Positions 22,898 to 35,391 of a stretch of DNA of 64,000 bases are shown here, piece by piece (position 1 is the first letter of the stretch; every line of letters begins with the position of its first letter). Both the position numbers and the translations under genes were made by a program. The notes beneath the pieces were generated by a model that was not told the origin of the DNA, ran no database searches, and saw only the letters and a list, made by a program, of their open reading frames with translations. The stretch is from NCBI RefSeq assembly GCF_000372725.1, contig NW_005201792.1:933440-997439 (forward strand), given 5' to 3'. This DNA comes from Emiliania huxleyi CCMP1516. Its lineage: Eukaryota.

Positions 22898-25612
22898 ATG
22901 ATGACGGCGGAACTCCAGTCGACGGTCGAGTCGGAGCCGAGCGACCAGACCTCGGATTCAGAGTCGCTGTGCGTGGACGGGCCGCCTGCATGCGAGGCGG
23001 CGCCGGCGGGAGCCCAGCGGCAGGGCACAGCCCTCTTTGATGAGGCGCTGCGGCGGGCGCGCACGGCCTCCTTGGCGGAGGACCAGCAGCCCTACGCGCA
23101 GGTGGTATATTGGTGCGTCGGCCGCGCCGCTCCGGTGCGACGCCACTGCATCGCGATGCTGCAGTCGCCGTGGTTTGACCGGACCATCATGCTGCTCATT
23201 GGGATCAACACGCTCCTGCTGATCTGCGTGCCCGCGGCGAGCAAGTGGCAGTACTGGGCGCACCGCGAGCTCGTGCTCAACGCCACCACCCCAGGCGGCT
23301 GCGGCCCCGACGACCCTTGGCTCGAGGGCAACCACGGCGGGCCTGGCTACTGGGACGAGCTGCGGCGGTACGACCGGCAGGCGGACGAGCTGTACTACGT
23401 GGAGGTGATCTTCCTCGCGCTCTTCATGTTCGAGATGCTGGTCAAGATGATCGCGATGGGCTTCGTCCTCGAGCGGCGCTCGTACCTCCGCGACGCGTGG
23501 AACTGGCTCGACATGATAGTCGTCGTGACGGGGCTGCTCGACCTGACTGGCGCGATGGTCGCGATGACGTGGCTCAAGCTGTTCCGCACGCTCCGGCCGC
23601 TGCGCGCCATCAACCGGGTCCGCAAGCTCAAGGCGCTCGTCCAGACCGTCCTCCAGTCCATGCCGCAGCTCTGCCGCGTCTTTGGCGTCCTCGTCTTCAT
23701 GCTCGTCTTCTTTGGCATTCTCGGGCTGCACCTCTTCCAGGGCCACCTGCGCCACGGCTGCTTCTACCTCGAGGGCGGCGAGTGGGTGGCGACGGGCGCC
23801 GTGTGCGACGCCATGTGCAAATGGGACGCCCGCACCGGCGAGCTCGACGGCGCGTGCGGCTCGCTCGGCAACCGCACAAAGGGCCGCGGGTACGACAGCT
23901 GGGAGATGACCTGGACGTGCATGCCCGGGCAGCAGTGCCTCTGCGCGGGTTCGGCGGCCGACGAGGCGGCGTGCGCGTGGGACGACAACCCGAACACGGG
24001 CATCAACCACTTCGACAACATCGGCTGGTCGATGGTGACCATCTTCCAGTCCATCACGCTCGAGGGGTGGGTGGACGTGATGTACTCGCTCTGCGACGGA
24101 GGCAACGAGCTCGGCATGCCCGGCGTCGCCATCGCGTTCCAGGCGAGCGCGGCCACGCTGCCGTCGCGAAGCCCTCCCCGCCGGGCGCCGCCCGCCCCTC
24201 ACTCCCTAAGCGCACTCCCTCGGCCAGGTCTGCACCGTCCTCTTCGGCGCGATGATCATCATGCACCCCTCCGCCTCGGTGCAGCGCGCGGCCGCTCTCG
24301 GTCCCCTCAGGCTCGCCTGGGCTTCGCTGTAGGAACCTCTTCCTCGTCGTCCTCACCGACAACTTTGCCATGGCCGACGAGAACCGCATGGCTGAGGCGG
24401 GCGCCAAGCTGGCCGAAGCAGCCGCTGCACAGGGCGGTGGCCAGCCGGCGCTCGGCTCCTCCGCGGTGCCGGCGGAGGACGCTGCGCCGGGTGCGCCTGT
24501 GGATGCGGGCGCGGACCCGCTCGGCGGCTTGGACGCGGCCGCAGCCCCTCTTCCCACTCTCGCGGCTGCACCCGCCGCGGCTCCGCCAACCACGCCGAGG
24601 TGGCGCCGTCGGTGGCTGGCGCTCGCGTCCTCGCGCGGCCTGGACAGGGTCATCATCGCGTGCATCTGCGTCAACATGGCGGCGGCGAGGAGCGCGCGCG
24701 CGGGGCGCCTCGCGGCCTGCTCACCCGACGCCTCGCGCGCATAGGTCGTGATGATGATGGAGTTCTCCCCGGCCGAGCCCGTCGACTGCGCGGGCGGCAC
24801 TTCGGCGACGGGGTACATGTGGCCCGCGTACTACTGGAGCCTGTTCGGCCTCAACTCGGCCTTCACCCTCGTCTTCATCTGCGAGTGCGTCATCAAGCTC
24901 CTCGGCTTTGGCGTGCGCCGCTACTTCCGCGACGGGTGGAACGCCTTCGACTTCCTGGTGGTGGTCGTCGCGTCCGTCGAGCTCGCTTTCGAGGTGCTCT
25001 CGTGGCTCAACGTCTTCGACTCGAACATACCCGGCCTGTCCGCGCTGCGGGCGCTGCGAGTGCTGCGGATGCTCAAGATGCTAAAGTCGATCGACAGCAT
25101 CCGCAAGACCGTGTCGACGCTGCTCCGCTCCTTCGCCTCAGTCGTCTACCTGCTGCTGCTGCTGATGCTCTTCATCGTGCGCCCTCCCACCGCCACGGCG
25201 CCGCCCCTGCCCCCAGCCCCCGCCTGAGGCGGCGGCGCGCGGCGCACGTAGGTCATCTTCTCCCTCTTCGGGATGGAGCTCTTCGCCGGCTACTACCCGC
25301 GGCCCTGGTTCAACCAGAACTGGACCTCCACCAACTACCCGTGCGCGTTCGACGAGATGAAGACGACCTGGGCAGACGACGACCCCTACCCCGCGTGCAA
25401 CTTTGACACCTTCTTCGGCGCGGTGCTCTCGATCTTTGTGGTCCTCTCGGGCGAGAACTGGAACGAGATTTACTACGACCAGCACGCGGCGACGTACCAG
25501 TCGACCTTCCCCGGCGTCTTCTTCCCGACCTTCTTCTTCCTCCTCCTCTTCGTCGTCGCAAACCTCATCCTGTTCAACCTCTTCATCGCCGTGCTGCTCG
25601 TCAACATGGAGC

Positions 25613-25650
<38 letters not shown>

Positions 25651-28600
25651 AGCGGAAAGGGCGGCGAGAGCAGCAGCCGCGACCACCAGGGAGCCGATAG
25701 CGGCGCTCGCGCGCGCGGTGCGGGCGGCGACGGCGGCGAGGGTGCAGCGCGGGGCAGACAGGGCGACGCGTGCGCTCGCGCCGACGGGGGCAGCGTCGCG
25801 CCGGGTGGCAGAGACGTCGGCATCGAGGGCGAGCCGCTCACGAAGGAGCGGCTCGCCGAGTGCAGAGGGGCGTTCGCGTTGCACGACGAAGATGGCGACG
25901 GCATCGTCACGGCAGCCGAGCTGGGCGCTGTGATGCGCTCGCTGGGCCGGGACCCGACCGAGGCGGAGCTGCAGGACATGATCAGCGAGGTGGACGGCGA
26001 CGGCGACGGTTGCGTGGACTTTGCCGAGTTTTGCACGCTCATGGCGCAAAACTGGGACGGCGGCGGCGGCGGCGGTGGTGGCGAGGACAGCCAAGGCGGC
26101 GGGGACGAGGCCGCGGTTTACTCGCGCGAGCGTCCCGCCGCGCCACCAATCAGCTCGACCCCGCGGGCCATGACGTTCGACTTTGGCGAGTACCGCGTGG
26201 AAGGTGCCGCCGCGCCCCTCTCCATCAAGCTGCTGCCGCCCCGGCCAGCGCCCGACCCCCGCTTGCCGTGCGCGTGCAGGCAGCCCGCTCGAGTCGGAGG
26301 GAGAGAGCACGGCGGCCTCCGAGCTGCCGGCCGGCAAGCGCCTGCCACCGCCTGACGACCCCTCGCCCGACCGCTCGCTGCTTCTCTTCTCGTGGCGCAG
26401 CCCGATCCGGCGCGGCGCGGCCCGCCTGGTCTGGCACCCGAGGTTCGAGCACGCCATCCTCGTGCTCATCATCGTCTCCTCCGTCCTGATCGGCCTCGAC
26501 TGGCCGGGCTGGCACCGCGACTTTTGGCTCAAGCAGGCGATCAGCTACGCGGACATCGTGTGCGGCTCCGCGTTCATGCTCGAGTGCCTGCTCAAGGTCG
26601 TCACGCTCGGCTTTGTCTACTCGCGCGACCCGCGCTTCAAGGCCTACCTCAGCAGCGGCTGGAACCGGCTCGACTTCTTCGTCGTCTGCATCACCATCGT
26701 CAGCCTCGGCACCGCCAGCCTCCGCGAGGTAGCCGCCATCCGCGCGCTGCGCGCCTTCCGCGCGCTCCGGCCGCTGCGGCTCGTCGCTCGGCTGGAGAGC
26801 ATGCGCGTGGTCGTGGCGACGCTCTTCCGGACGCTCCCCAAGCTGCCGCAGTTCGGGGTGGTGTTCCTCGGCTTCCAGGTCCTCTTTGCGATCGTGTTTG
26901 TGCAAATGTTCGGCGGCCGGCTCGGGTACTGCCTCGACCCCGCGTACGCCACCGGCGCGTGGCAGCCGTACGAGCTCATGTCCGACAGGGTGGTGCCCGG
27001 GTACGTTAGCAGCACCGGGAGGAACGACTACGACGAGTGCATGGCCCTCCCCAAGTACAACCTCACTCGGTTCGACTCGCTGGGCGAGCGGCTCACCGAC
27101 AAGGAGGACTGGGCAGAGACGTACCGCCTCTTCACCGAGTTCCCGCAGTGGACCAACCCGAGCTTTGGCAACTTTGACAACCTGGGGACGGCGATGCTGC
27201 TGCTCTTCGAGGTGGCGGCGCTCGAGGGGTGGCCCGACGTCATGTTCGCCGTCATGGGGGCCGACGCGGCGCAGAAGTACGTCTCGCCGTACTGGCTGAC
27301 GACAAAGCAGGCGGACGGCAAGCTGCTGACGCCCAACGGGGAGGAGGAGCACGACACGCTGCCCTGGCTGACCGCCTTCCTGTTCGTGCTGTGGATCGTC
27401 CTCGGCTGCTTTGTGCTGCTCAACATGGTCATCGGCGTCGTGCTCGACTCGTTCAACCGCATGCAGCAGGAGAACGAGGGGCTCGCGATGATGACCGACG
27501 CGCAGAGCGACTGGGTCAAGGCGCAAAAGGAGATCATCGCCAAGCGGCCGCTCAAGAAGCCGAGCCCGCCGAGGCAGGCCTGGCGGCTGCCCTACTTCCG
27601 GCTCGTCTGCTCCGACGCGTTTGACCTCGTCGTCATGGCGGTGATCGTGGTCAACACCATCTTCATGATGGTCGACATCTACGAGCCGAACTCGCCAAGC
27701 ACGCTGCAGAGCCTCTGGAGGCTCGGCTTCATCTCGAACTGCGTCTTCTTTGGCCTCTACTCCCTCGAGATGCTCCTCAAGTGGATGGGGCTCGGGCTGC
27801 GGCAGTACTTCAAAGACGCGTGGAACGTCTTTGACTTTTCCCTGGTCATCATCACCGCCGTCGACATCGCCTTCGCGTCGATGCAGACGGAGCTCCCCAT
27901 CCCCGGCGGCGTGCTGCGGGTCGTGCGGCTCCTTCGCGTGGTGCGCGTGCTCCGGCTGCTGAAGCGCGCCAAGCAGCTGCAGACCATCATCGCGACGGTG
28001 CGCGTGTCGATGCCGGGGTTGCGCAACATCGGCCTGCTCATGTGCCTGCTCATGTACATCTTTGCGATCTTCTTCACCCAGCTGTACTGGGCCACCAACT
28101 ACACGCCCGGCAACTTTGGACAGACAACGTGCACGGCGCCGAACGCATCGGCCGCCGCCGCCGAGCCGTGCGACACCTCTTTTGACAACAAAGCCTCAGG
28201 CGCTGGCACTCTCGCCGGCCCTGGCACTCTCGCCCGGCCCGGCACAGCGGGCGCACCGGCTGACTCCGAGCGCCTTCCCATCGCAGGCGCGCCCGTTGCC
28301 TTCAACGCCGACGTCCGGGAGGCGCTGCCACAGAATCTGCCGTGCTCCTACTTCCGGCAAGTCAACGGCGAGGTGTGCGCCGCAGACGAGGCGCCCTACT
28401 ATTTCAGCTCCGCCGACTCGAACTGGGGCGAGTCGCTCAACCGGCACGCAAACTTCCAGAGCCTGTCCATCGCCTTCCTCACCCTCTTCCGTTGCGCCAC
28501 GGGCGAGCCCTCTCGCCGCAGGAGGCGCGACCTGTGAAGAGCGCCACTTCACCGCTCCTCGCCGCCGGCAGGCGAGTCGTTCAACCTGATCATGCACGAC

Positions 28601-29669
28601 CTCTTCCCCCCCGACTGGGGCGACAACATGCTGCGCTGCTGCCCCACGTGCGGCCCCGTCGTCGACTACGAGGGCGGGGAGCCCGTCGTGCTCTCGTCGT
28701 GCGGCGCCGGGTGGGGCGCGAGCACAGGCGTCCTCGAGACGCTCCTCGCCGTGAGCCTCTTCTTCCTCTACTACGTGCTGCTGGGGTACGTCATCCTGAA
28801 CGGGCTCTTCATCGGGGTGATCGTCGACAACTTTACAAACATCGGCTCCGACAACAGCGACGTCACCCTGCGCGACATCGAGGCCTTCCGCACGGTCTGG
28901 CTGCGGTACGACGAGAAGGGCTCCTTCGTCGTGTCGTCGCAGAACCTGCTCGCCATCCTGCAGCAGCTGCCGCAGCCGCTCGGCGTGGGAGACCGCACCC
29001 GCTCGCGCGCCGACCTGCTCGCGCTGCTCGCCGAGCTCAACATCCCGGACCACGGCGGCTACATCCACTTCAACGAGACGCTGACCGCCCTCTCGCAGCG
29101 CGCCTTTTGCGAGCGGCTCAACCACGAGCGGCTCGCCCGCCGGCAGGCAGCGGCGGCCCCCAACGGGCGATCGGGCTGCGGCGGAGGCGGCCCTGAGCGG
29201 CGGACCGCGTGCCCGTAGGAGCGCGGCCTCGAGGACGACGGCGTCCGGCTGCAACGCATCGAGGTGCCCGTGTGCGAGGCGACGACGGTGGTGCGGCGGA
29301 AGCTCACCCGCATGCCGGCGCCCTCCGCTGCGCGCGAGGGGCAGCGGCCCCGAGGGCGCGGTGCTGTGAGGGGCTGCGGTCGGCCACACGGTAGGTGCTC
29401 TCGAAGATCGAGAAGCCGACGCACTCGGCGCTCACAAACTACCTCGTCTCGCTGCTGCAGTCGCGTTGGCGGAGCTATGCGATGCGCAGGCTGTACGAGG
29501 ACGAGACTGCGGACGCGGGCCACTCGCAGGAGGAGGCGGTGGCGCGGCTGCTGCAGGCGCACGACCGGCTCGTCCAAAGCGAGGACAGGCTGGCGGCGCT
29601 CGAGCAGCAGCGAGCGCACCGCGCGATGGCGGTGCCGGCGCAGCGGCGAGGAGAGGATACGATCATTGT

Positions 29670-29673
<4 letters not shown>
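22898..29673 (+). CDS. Four-domain voltage-gated cation channel (EEEE filter, Cav-like) with a calmodulin-like EF-hand insertion
   Basis: Four S4 Arg repeats. Pore motifs TLEGW, SGENW, ALEGW and (spliced) TGESF. C-terminal EF-like region and IQ-like LLQSRWRSY. Confidence 0.92.

Positions 29674-29716
<43 letters not shown>
29672..29716. repeat. (GA)n microsatellite abutting the channel stop codon
   Basis: Read directly. Confidence 0.95.
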
Positions 29717-29717
<1 letters not shown>

Positions 29718-29945
29718 CGGGGAGCAGCCAGAGTACAGTACGCACGACAGACCCACTGGAAGAGTAGAGTAGGAACTAGGAAAGATGACTTGTTTTGGTC
29801 CTACATGAACTTGGAGCACTTTTGCAGAGTACGTATATACACACAAACACAGCGTCAGACAAACGATAGGGACTCCTGCGCGTCTTTCGTTGCCCGAAAG
29901 AAGAAAAAGTTTCCACCTTCACGCTCCCGGGGCCCGCCCAGGGTT

Positions 29946-30173
29946 CCGGCTCCTAGCCGGATAGGGGGTCTGTTGCCACTGACTCGCGCCAAAACGCCCT
30001 ACCTACCTACCTATCCCCAGGCCGCGCAGCGAAGCGAAAAAGATAAAAAAAATAGTACCTACCTATTGCAGGGCCCTTTTGGGCGAAACAAGACCAACCT
30101 ACCTACCTATCTCGCTGGGAGGGGCCCCCTGGGCCAGCCAGTGGCACAGACCCCCTATCCGGCTAGGAGCCGG
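29946..30173. mobile_element. MITE-like foldback with TIRs of about 35 bp
   Basis: CCGGCTCCTAGCCGGATAGGGGGTCTGT(T)GCCACTG is inverted at 30139-30173. Internal ACCT repeats. No clear TSD. Confidence 0.7.
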
Positions 30174-30189
30174 CCCAGGACCGCACAGG

Positions 30190-31125
30190 ATGTGGCTTCG
30201 GTCGAAGACGTTGGCGAGGCCTGCGGCACGATCCAGATTCTCGTCGTCGAGCGGCAGGCGCGCCAGACCAGCCATATGCGCCGTACAGCTCCGGCCGAGG
30301 ACCGAGTGCTCCGCCGAGCAGCTCGAGCGGTGGCTCTGTGAGGGCCGTGCCCTCCTCGAGAAGAGTCTGCGATCCCGGCGGCCAGCCGACTCGGTGCCGA
30401 CCAGCGCCATCATCGGCGAGGCCTCCTGCCACAGCCGCTCCTGCTACCAGTGGATCCATATCCCATCGGGGGATGTGAGCGCGCCGAGCACAGTAGCCAT
30501 TGTGTTCACGCGCAACGACGACCTCCACCTCTGGCGGTCGTCCACGGAGCGCCAGGCCTGGCTGGATCGCGGCGCCGGGCTCGCGAGGGACGGCGCGTCG
30601 CTGCTAGTCGACGCCGAGAAGATCACGCTGCAGCGTGATGACGGCAGTTTGGGCGGCTGGTTGCCCGCCGACGGCAGCGGCACCGCCGAGCAGCCCCTCC
30701 CACCGCCGCCGTCGTGGAAGGTGGCGGCCACGGTGCTGCTGCCGATGTTTTGCGTGCAGGAGCTCAACCGCGCCGCCATCCTGCCTGCACTCGCGACGAC
30801 CGAGGTGTGGGCGGCGCTGCCACCGACGGTGCAGATGTTCTCCGCGTGCTCTTGGACGGCGGGCATAGTCACCGTGCTCCTCCTGCCGCGCGCGCGCCGC
30901 CTGATGGAGCGCATCGGGTTCATCGGTGGCGCGCGAGGCTGCCCCAATGCCGCCGGACTCGCCCGCAGCGGCGGCACTCTGGCCCTGCTCTACGGCGGCG
31001 TGGTCGCATTCGGCATTGCGGCGAGCGAGGTCACTGGCGCAACAGGAGCACCGTACAGGTGGGACGCTGCGCGCAACCGGGAAAAGGCACAGCAACAGCA
31101 GGGCGCCAGCGAGTACGCGCGATGA
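30190..31125 (+). CDS. ABM-like domain plus membrane helices (COG3224-like), with a possible mitochondrial presequence
   Basis: IVF....L..WRSSTERQAWL, LGGWLP, PPPPSWK.AATVLL, then TM segments. No introns. Confidence 0.65.
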   Translation: MWLRSKTLARPAARSRFSSSSGRRARPAICAVQLRPRTECSAEQLERWLCEGRALLEKSLRSRRPADSVPTSAIIGEASCHSRSCYQWIHIPSGDVSAPSTVAIVFTRNDDLHLWRSSTERQAWLDRGAGLARDGASLLVDAEKITLQRDDGSLGGWLPADGSGTAEQPLPPPPSWKVAATVLLPMFCVQELNRAAILPALATTEVWAALPPTVQMFSACSWTAGIVTVLLLPRARRLMERIGFIGGARGCPNAAGLARSGGTLALLYGGVVAFGIAASEVTGATGAPYRWDAARNREKAQQQQGASEYAR

Positions 31126-31258
31126 CACTCGCACATCGATCCGACGTGAGCGGGATCCGGCCGGGGCGGGTAAATTGTGCGCGTTTTTTAACCGAGTCGG
31201 TTACGCATATACGGGTTTTCGCTTCATCATAAGTATTATAAGATGCCGCACTTTTGTT

Positions 31259-31807
31259 CTACGCCGCGTCCTCCTCGCACTCGAAGCACACGTCGTGAAT
31301 GGCGTGCCGAAAGCTGGCGTGGCCCTCCCGCCGCATGTAGAGGCGGAAGTAGCGCGAGGGCGAGAGGTCCGCCGGCAGAGGCTGCCGTGTTGGCGCGCGC
31401 AGCCCGCGCAGCCCGCGCACGTGCGCCACCGTCCGCCACGGCCCTCGCGGCGACGCGGCTCTCTGGAGGGTGACGCGTGCGCCGCCGACGGTGGAGGCGG
31501 TGCCGAGGAGGGAGAGCGCCCGTGGCGCGGCTGCGCGGCCGAGGTCGAGCACCAGCCACTTGTCGTGCGACATGCGCTCCATCCGCTCGCCGCCCGGCAC
31601 CAGCCAATACGTGGACGCATCGCCGTCGGCGGCCCGCTCGGGCGCGTAGCCGGTGAGGTTGTGCGAGGCGGAAATCACGGCCGGCCGCACGAGAGCCGGC
31701 TCCGCCGGCTGCTCCTGCGAGCGCTGCGCCGCGCCGCGCGCAAAGAGGCGAGAGGCGTGGCAGGCGGCGGTCGCGCACGCAAGCAGCAGGACGAGGAAAC
31801 GCGGCAT
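31259..31807 (-). CDS. Secreted F5/8 type C (discoidin/galactose-binding-like) protein
   Basis: Signal peptide MPRFLVLLLACATAACHA; ASH..YAPERAADGDASTYW, WLVLDLG, SRYFRL. Confidence 0.75.
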   Translation of the reverse strand: MPRFLVLLLACATAACHASRLFARGAAQRSQEQPAEPALVRPAVISASHNLTGYAPERAADGDASTYWLVPGGERMERMSHDKWLVLDLGRAAAPRALSLLGTASTVGGARVTLQRAASPRGPWRTVAHVRGLRGLRAPTRQPLPADLSPSRYFRLYMRREGHASFRHAIHDVCFECEEDAA

Positions 31808-32039
31808 ACACATACACACGTTTATGTGCGTGTGTATAGTCGAGTATAGTCCTCGGGTTTCAGCGCACGGCGTGCTTTCTTTTGCTAAACTGGACACAGA
31901 GCTCACACAAATTCACAGTGGGTTAGCGTTGGCTGCTTTCTTAGTCTGATGCTGCGTCCCCAAAGAAAAATTCGGTGGAATCGCACGGCTTCGATCTCAG
32001 TGGCCTGCTCGCGGCTCTCCCCTCCCGTGGTCTCCAGGC

Positions 32040-32825
32040 ATGCTCTTCTCGCTGGCCTGTAGCGTGCCGCTGGGCCTGCAGTGTGCGCCAGGTGCGCGCT
32101 CCGTCGCAGGCCTGCCCTTTGGCGGCTTCGCCCGCTCGAGCGCCGATCTCGTTGTGCGGCGAGCTCCGCCTCCTGGCATGGAGGTGAAGCAGTCGACAAT
32201 CACGATGCCCGCGCTGTCGTCGACGATGACCGAGGGCAAGATTTCGAGCTGGCTGATGGGTGTGGGCGACAAGGTGGACGCGGGAGACATGGTGCTCGTC
32301 GTCGAGTCTGACAAGGCCGACATGGACGTCGAGTCGTATGAGGAGGGCTACATTGCAAAGATCCTCGTCGGCGAGGGCGAGGCGAGCGCTCATCCACGGC
32401 CCAATGCGCCATCCTCACCTGCACGCATGCGCTCATCCCCTCTTCTCCGCCGGTCTCGCGCTGCGCGCCGCCGGTTCTGCCACCGCCGCCGCCGCCGCCA
32501 CCGCCACCGCCACTGCTGCCGCCGCCGCTGCCGCCGCAGCCGCCGCGCAGCATCCGGAGCCTCCGCCGCCGCCGCCGCCGCAGCCCGCTGTGCTTGAGCC
32601 GGCGCCGTGTCCCGACAGACGGCCGACGTTGGTGCGCCGGTCGCAATCATCGTCGAGAACGAGGTGCGTGCGGCCCGGGAGACGGCCGACTGACCCCTGG
32701 CCACATCCCGCCCCACCCCGCCCCACCCCCACCCCACTCGTCCCGTCGCCCACCGTGCCCACTCCCCCCCCACCTCAAGGCGGACATCGCCTCGGTCTCG
32801 GTGGGCAGCGGCGCACCCGCAGCTG

Positions 32826-32874
<49 letters not shown>

Positions 32875-34813
32875 GCCCGCTTCCGACGTCGACGCGATTC
32901 CGGTGATGATGCCGGCGCTGTCGTCGACGATGAAGGAGGGCAAGATATCGAGCTGGCTGGTGGGCGTGGGCGACAAGGTGGACGCGGGCGACATGCTTCT
33001 CGTCGTCGAGTCCGACAAGGCGAGCCTCTCCCAGACTCTGCCCTCTCCCAGACTCTCCCCTCTCCCAGACTCTCCCCTCTCCCAGCCTCTCCCCTCTCCC
33101 AGACTCGCCCCTCTCCCAGCCTCTCCCCGCTCCCATCCTCTGCCCTCTCCCAGACTGCCCGCTCCCAGACTCTGCCCTCTCCTAGTCTCCCCTCCCGCCG
33201 CCGCCGCATCTGCTCCAAGGCATCACCGCCGCCCGCCCGCAATGAGCCGCGCGCCCCGCGCCTCCGCAGGCGGACATGGACGTCGAGTCCTTTGAGGACG
33301 GCTACGTCGCAAAGATCCTCGTCGGCGAGGGCGAGGCGAGCCTCCGTGGCCGCCGCCGTCCTCCGCCTCTGCTGCTCTCCACACCGCTTGCACTCCCCGC
33401 CGCTGCTGCAGTCCCCACGGCGCCCTCGGCGCGCGCAGCTTGCAGCCACCAACCCCCTCCCCTCCCTTCCGCCTCGCCAGGTCGCCACCGTCGGCGCGCC
33501 CGTCGCGCTGCTCGCCCGCACAGAGGACGAGATCGCCGCTGTCGCCGCGTCGGGCGGTGGTGCCGTCGCCGCCGCGCCGGCGCAGGCCGCTGCCGCGCCC
33601 GCCGCGCCCGCGCCCGCCGTCACGGTCGGCTCCGGCTCGGGCTACACGTCGGCCAACAAGATGGCGACCCCCGCCGCCAAGAAGCTCGCCAAGTCCAAGG
33701 GCCTCAAGTGGGAGCAGATCCCTGGCTCGGGCAACTTCGGGCGCGTCACCGTCGACGACGTCCTCGTCGCTGCGGGCGAGGCACCGAAGGCGGCGCCCGT
33801 GCCCGCGCCCGCCGCCGCCCCCGCCGCCGCCGCACCCGCCGCCGCCCCCGCCGCCGCCCCCGCCGGCGGCCGCGTCGTCGCGTCGCCCTTCGCCCGCTCG
33901 CTCGCCGAGTCGAAGGGCGTCGACCTCTCGACTGTGGTCGGCACCGGCCCGGACGGACGCATCGTCGCCGAGGATGTGGAGAAGGCGGCGGCGTCGCCCG
34001 CCGCCGCGGGCGCGGCGGCCGCGCCGGCGGCCAAGGCGAGCTCCGCCGCGCCCGCCGCGCCCGCGCCCGCCGGCGTGGTCCCGATGACGGGCATGCAGAA
34101 GGCGGTAGTCAAGAACATGGCGTGGGCCGACAGTGTGCCGACGTACACGGTCTCGCGGCAGATCGTGACGGACGACTTCGACGCGCTGTACGCGCAGCTC
34201 AAGCCCAAGGGCGTCACCGTCTCTGCGATGCTCGCCAAGGCGGTCGGCCTCGCGCTCGCCAAGCACCCGATCATGAACTCGAACTACGTCGAGGACGGAA
34301 TCAGCTACAACTCGGACATCAACGTGGCGATGGCGGTGGCGATGCCCGACGGCGGGCTCATCACGCCGGTGCTCAAGAATGCCGACACGACCGACATCTA
34401 CTCGCTCGGCCGCGCGTGGAAGGACCTGGTCCCGCGCGCGATGGAGGGCGCGCGCTCTCCGCCGACGCCTTGTCCGACCCTTCTCTGACTCCTCCGACCC
34501 GCCGCCGAGCCCTCGCACAGGGAAGCTGTCGGCCGACGAGTTCTCGACGGGCACCTTCACAATCTCCAATCTGGGCATGTTCGGCGTCTCGCAGTTCGTG
34601 TCCATCCTGCCGCCGAACACGGGCGCCATCCTCGCGGTGGCCGCCTCGGCGCCGACGGCGGTGCTGCAGAAGAACGGCATGATGGGCATGGCAAAGGTGA
34701 TGACGGTGACCATCACGTGCGACCACCGCAACATCTACGGCGCCGACGCGGCCAAGTTCCTCAAGGACCTGGCGCGCATCATCGAGGAGGAGCCGCAGTC
34801 GCTGCTCTTCTAG
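32040..34813 (+). CDS. pdhC: Plastid pyruvate dehydrogenase E2 (dihydrolipoamide acetyltransferase), 2 lipoyl and 2 E3-binding domains
   Basis: Two copies of MPALSSTM.EGKI..W..VESDKADMDVE. Binding domains ATPAAKKLA..GSGNFGRVT and ASPFARSLA..GTGPDGRIV. Catalytic TFTISNLGMFG and CDHRNIYGA. N-terminal targeting peptide. Confidence 0.93.
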
Positions 34814-35391
34814 TGCCCTAGTCTAGTCGCCCTCGGGCCACGCGCGCGGGCAGTGGAGGAGCCGCGGCGTACGCGCGGGCGAGGTTGTCGCTCCGCCGGG
34901 CGGGCAGCCCGGACACAACGGGGTGGCCTCTCTCGCAACGTCCTCGCCGTGCCGCGGTCTCCAAACTTGCCGCGCCTCGGGGGGCGTGCTCTGTTCATGG
35001 GGACGTTGAGAGGGGGCGGGGGGGGGGGGGGGGTAGACACTCACACGGGGGTTCTCGGGGAAGACACGATCAGTGTGACGCACGCGGCCACGCCACGACC
35101 CAAAATCTTCTTTCTTTTTTTGCACAATCCACAAACCGCCACGGCCCGCACACGGCCCAGCGCCCACGGCCCACGCGCACACACAGGTTGTGCCACAAGG
35201 CGGGGGCGCGAATTCTTTTGTGGCGGTGACTGTCTCCACTTCACTCTTCACACTTCAGTCCTGGCGAGTAGAGGCCCCGCCCACCCAGGGTACCCCTCCG
35301 AGGGACCCATTGGGAGATTGGGTTGGCGGTTGCTCGCCGGGCTCTGCTCCAAGAGACCTGCCTCGAGGGCTCGCCGGGCTCTGCTCCAAGA

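Noticed and set aside
22958..27526. Long antisense ORFs opposite the channel and other genes
   Set aside because: Expected shadow frames from high GC3 codon usage.
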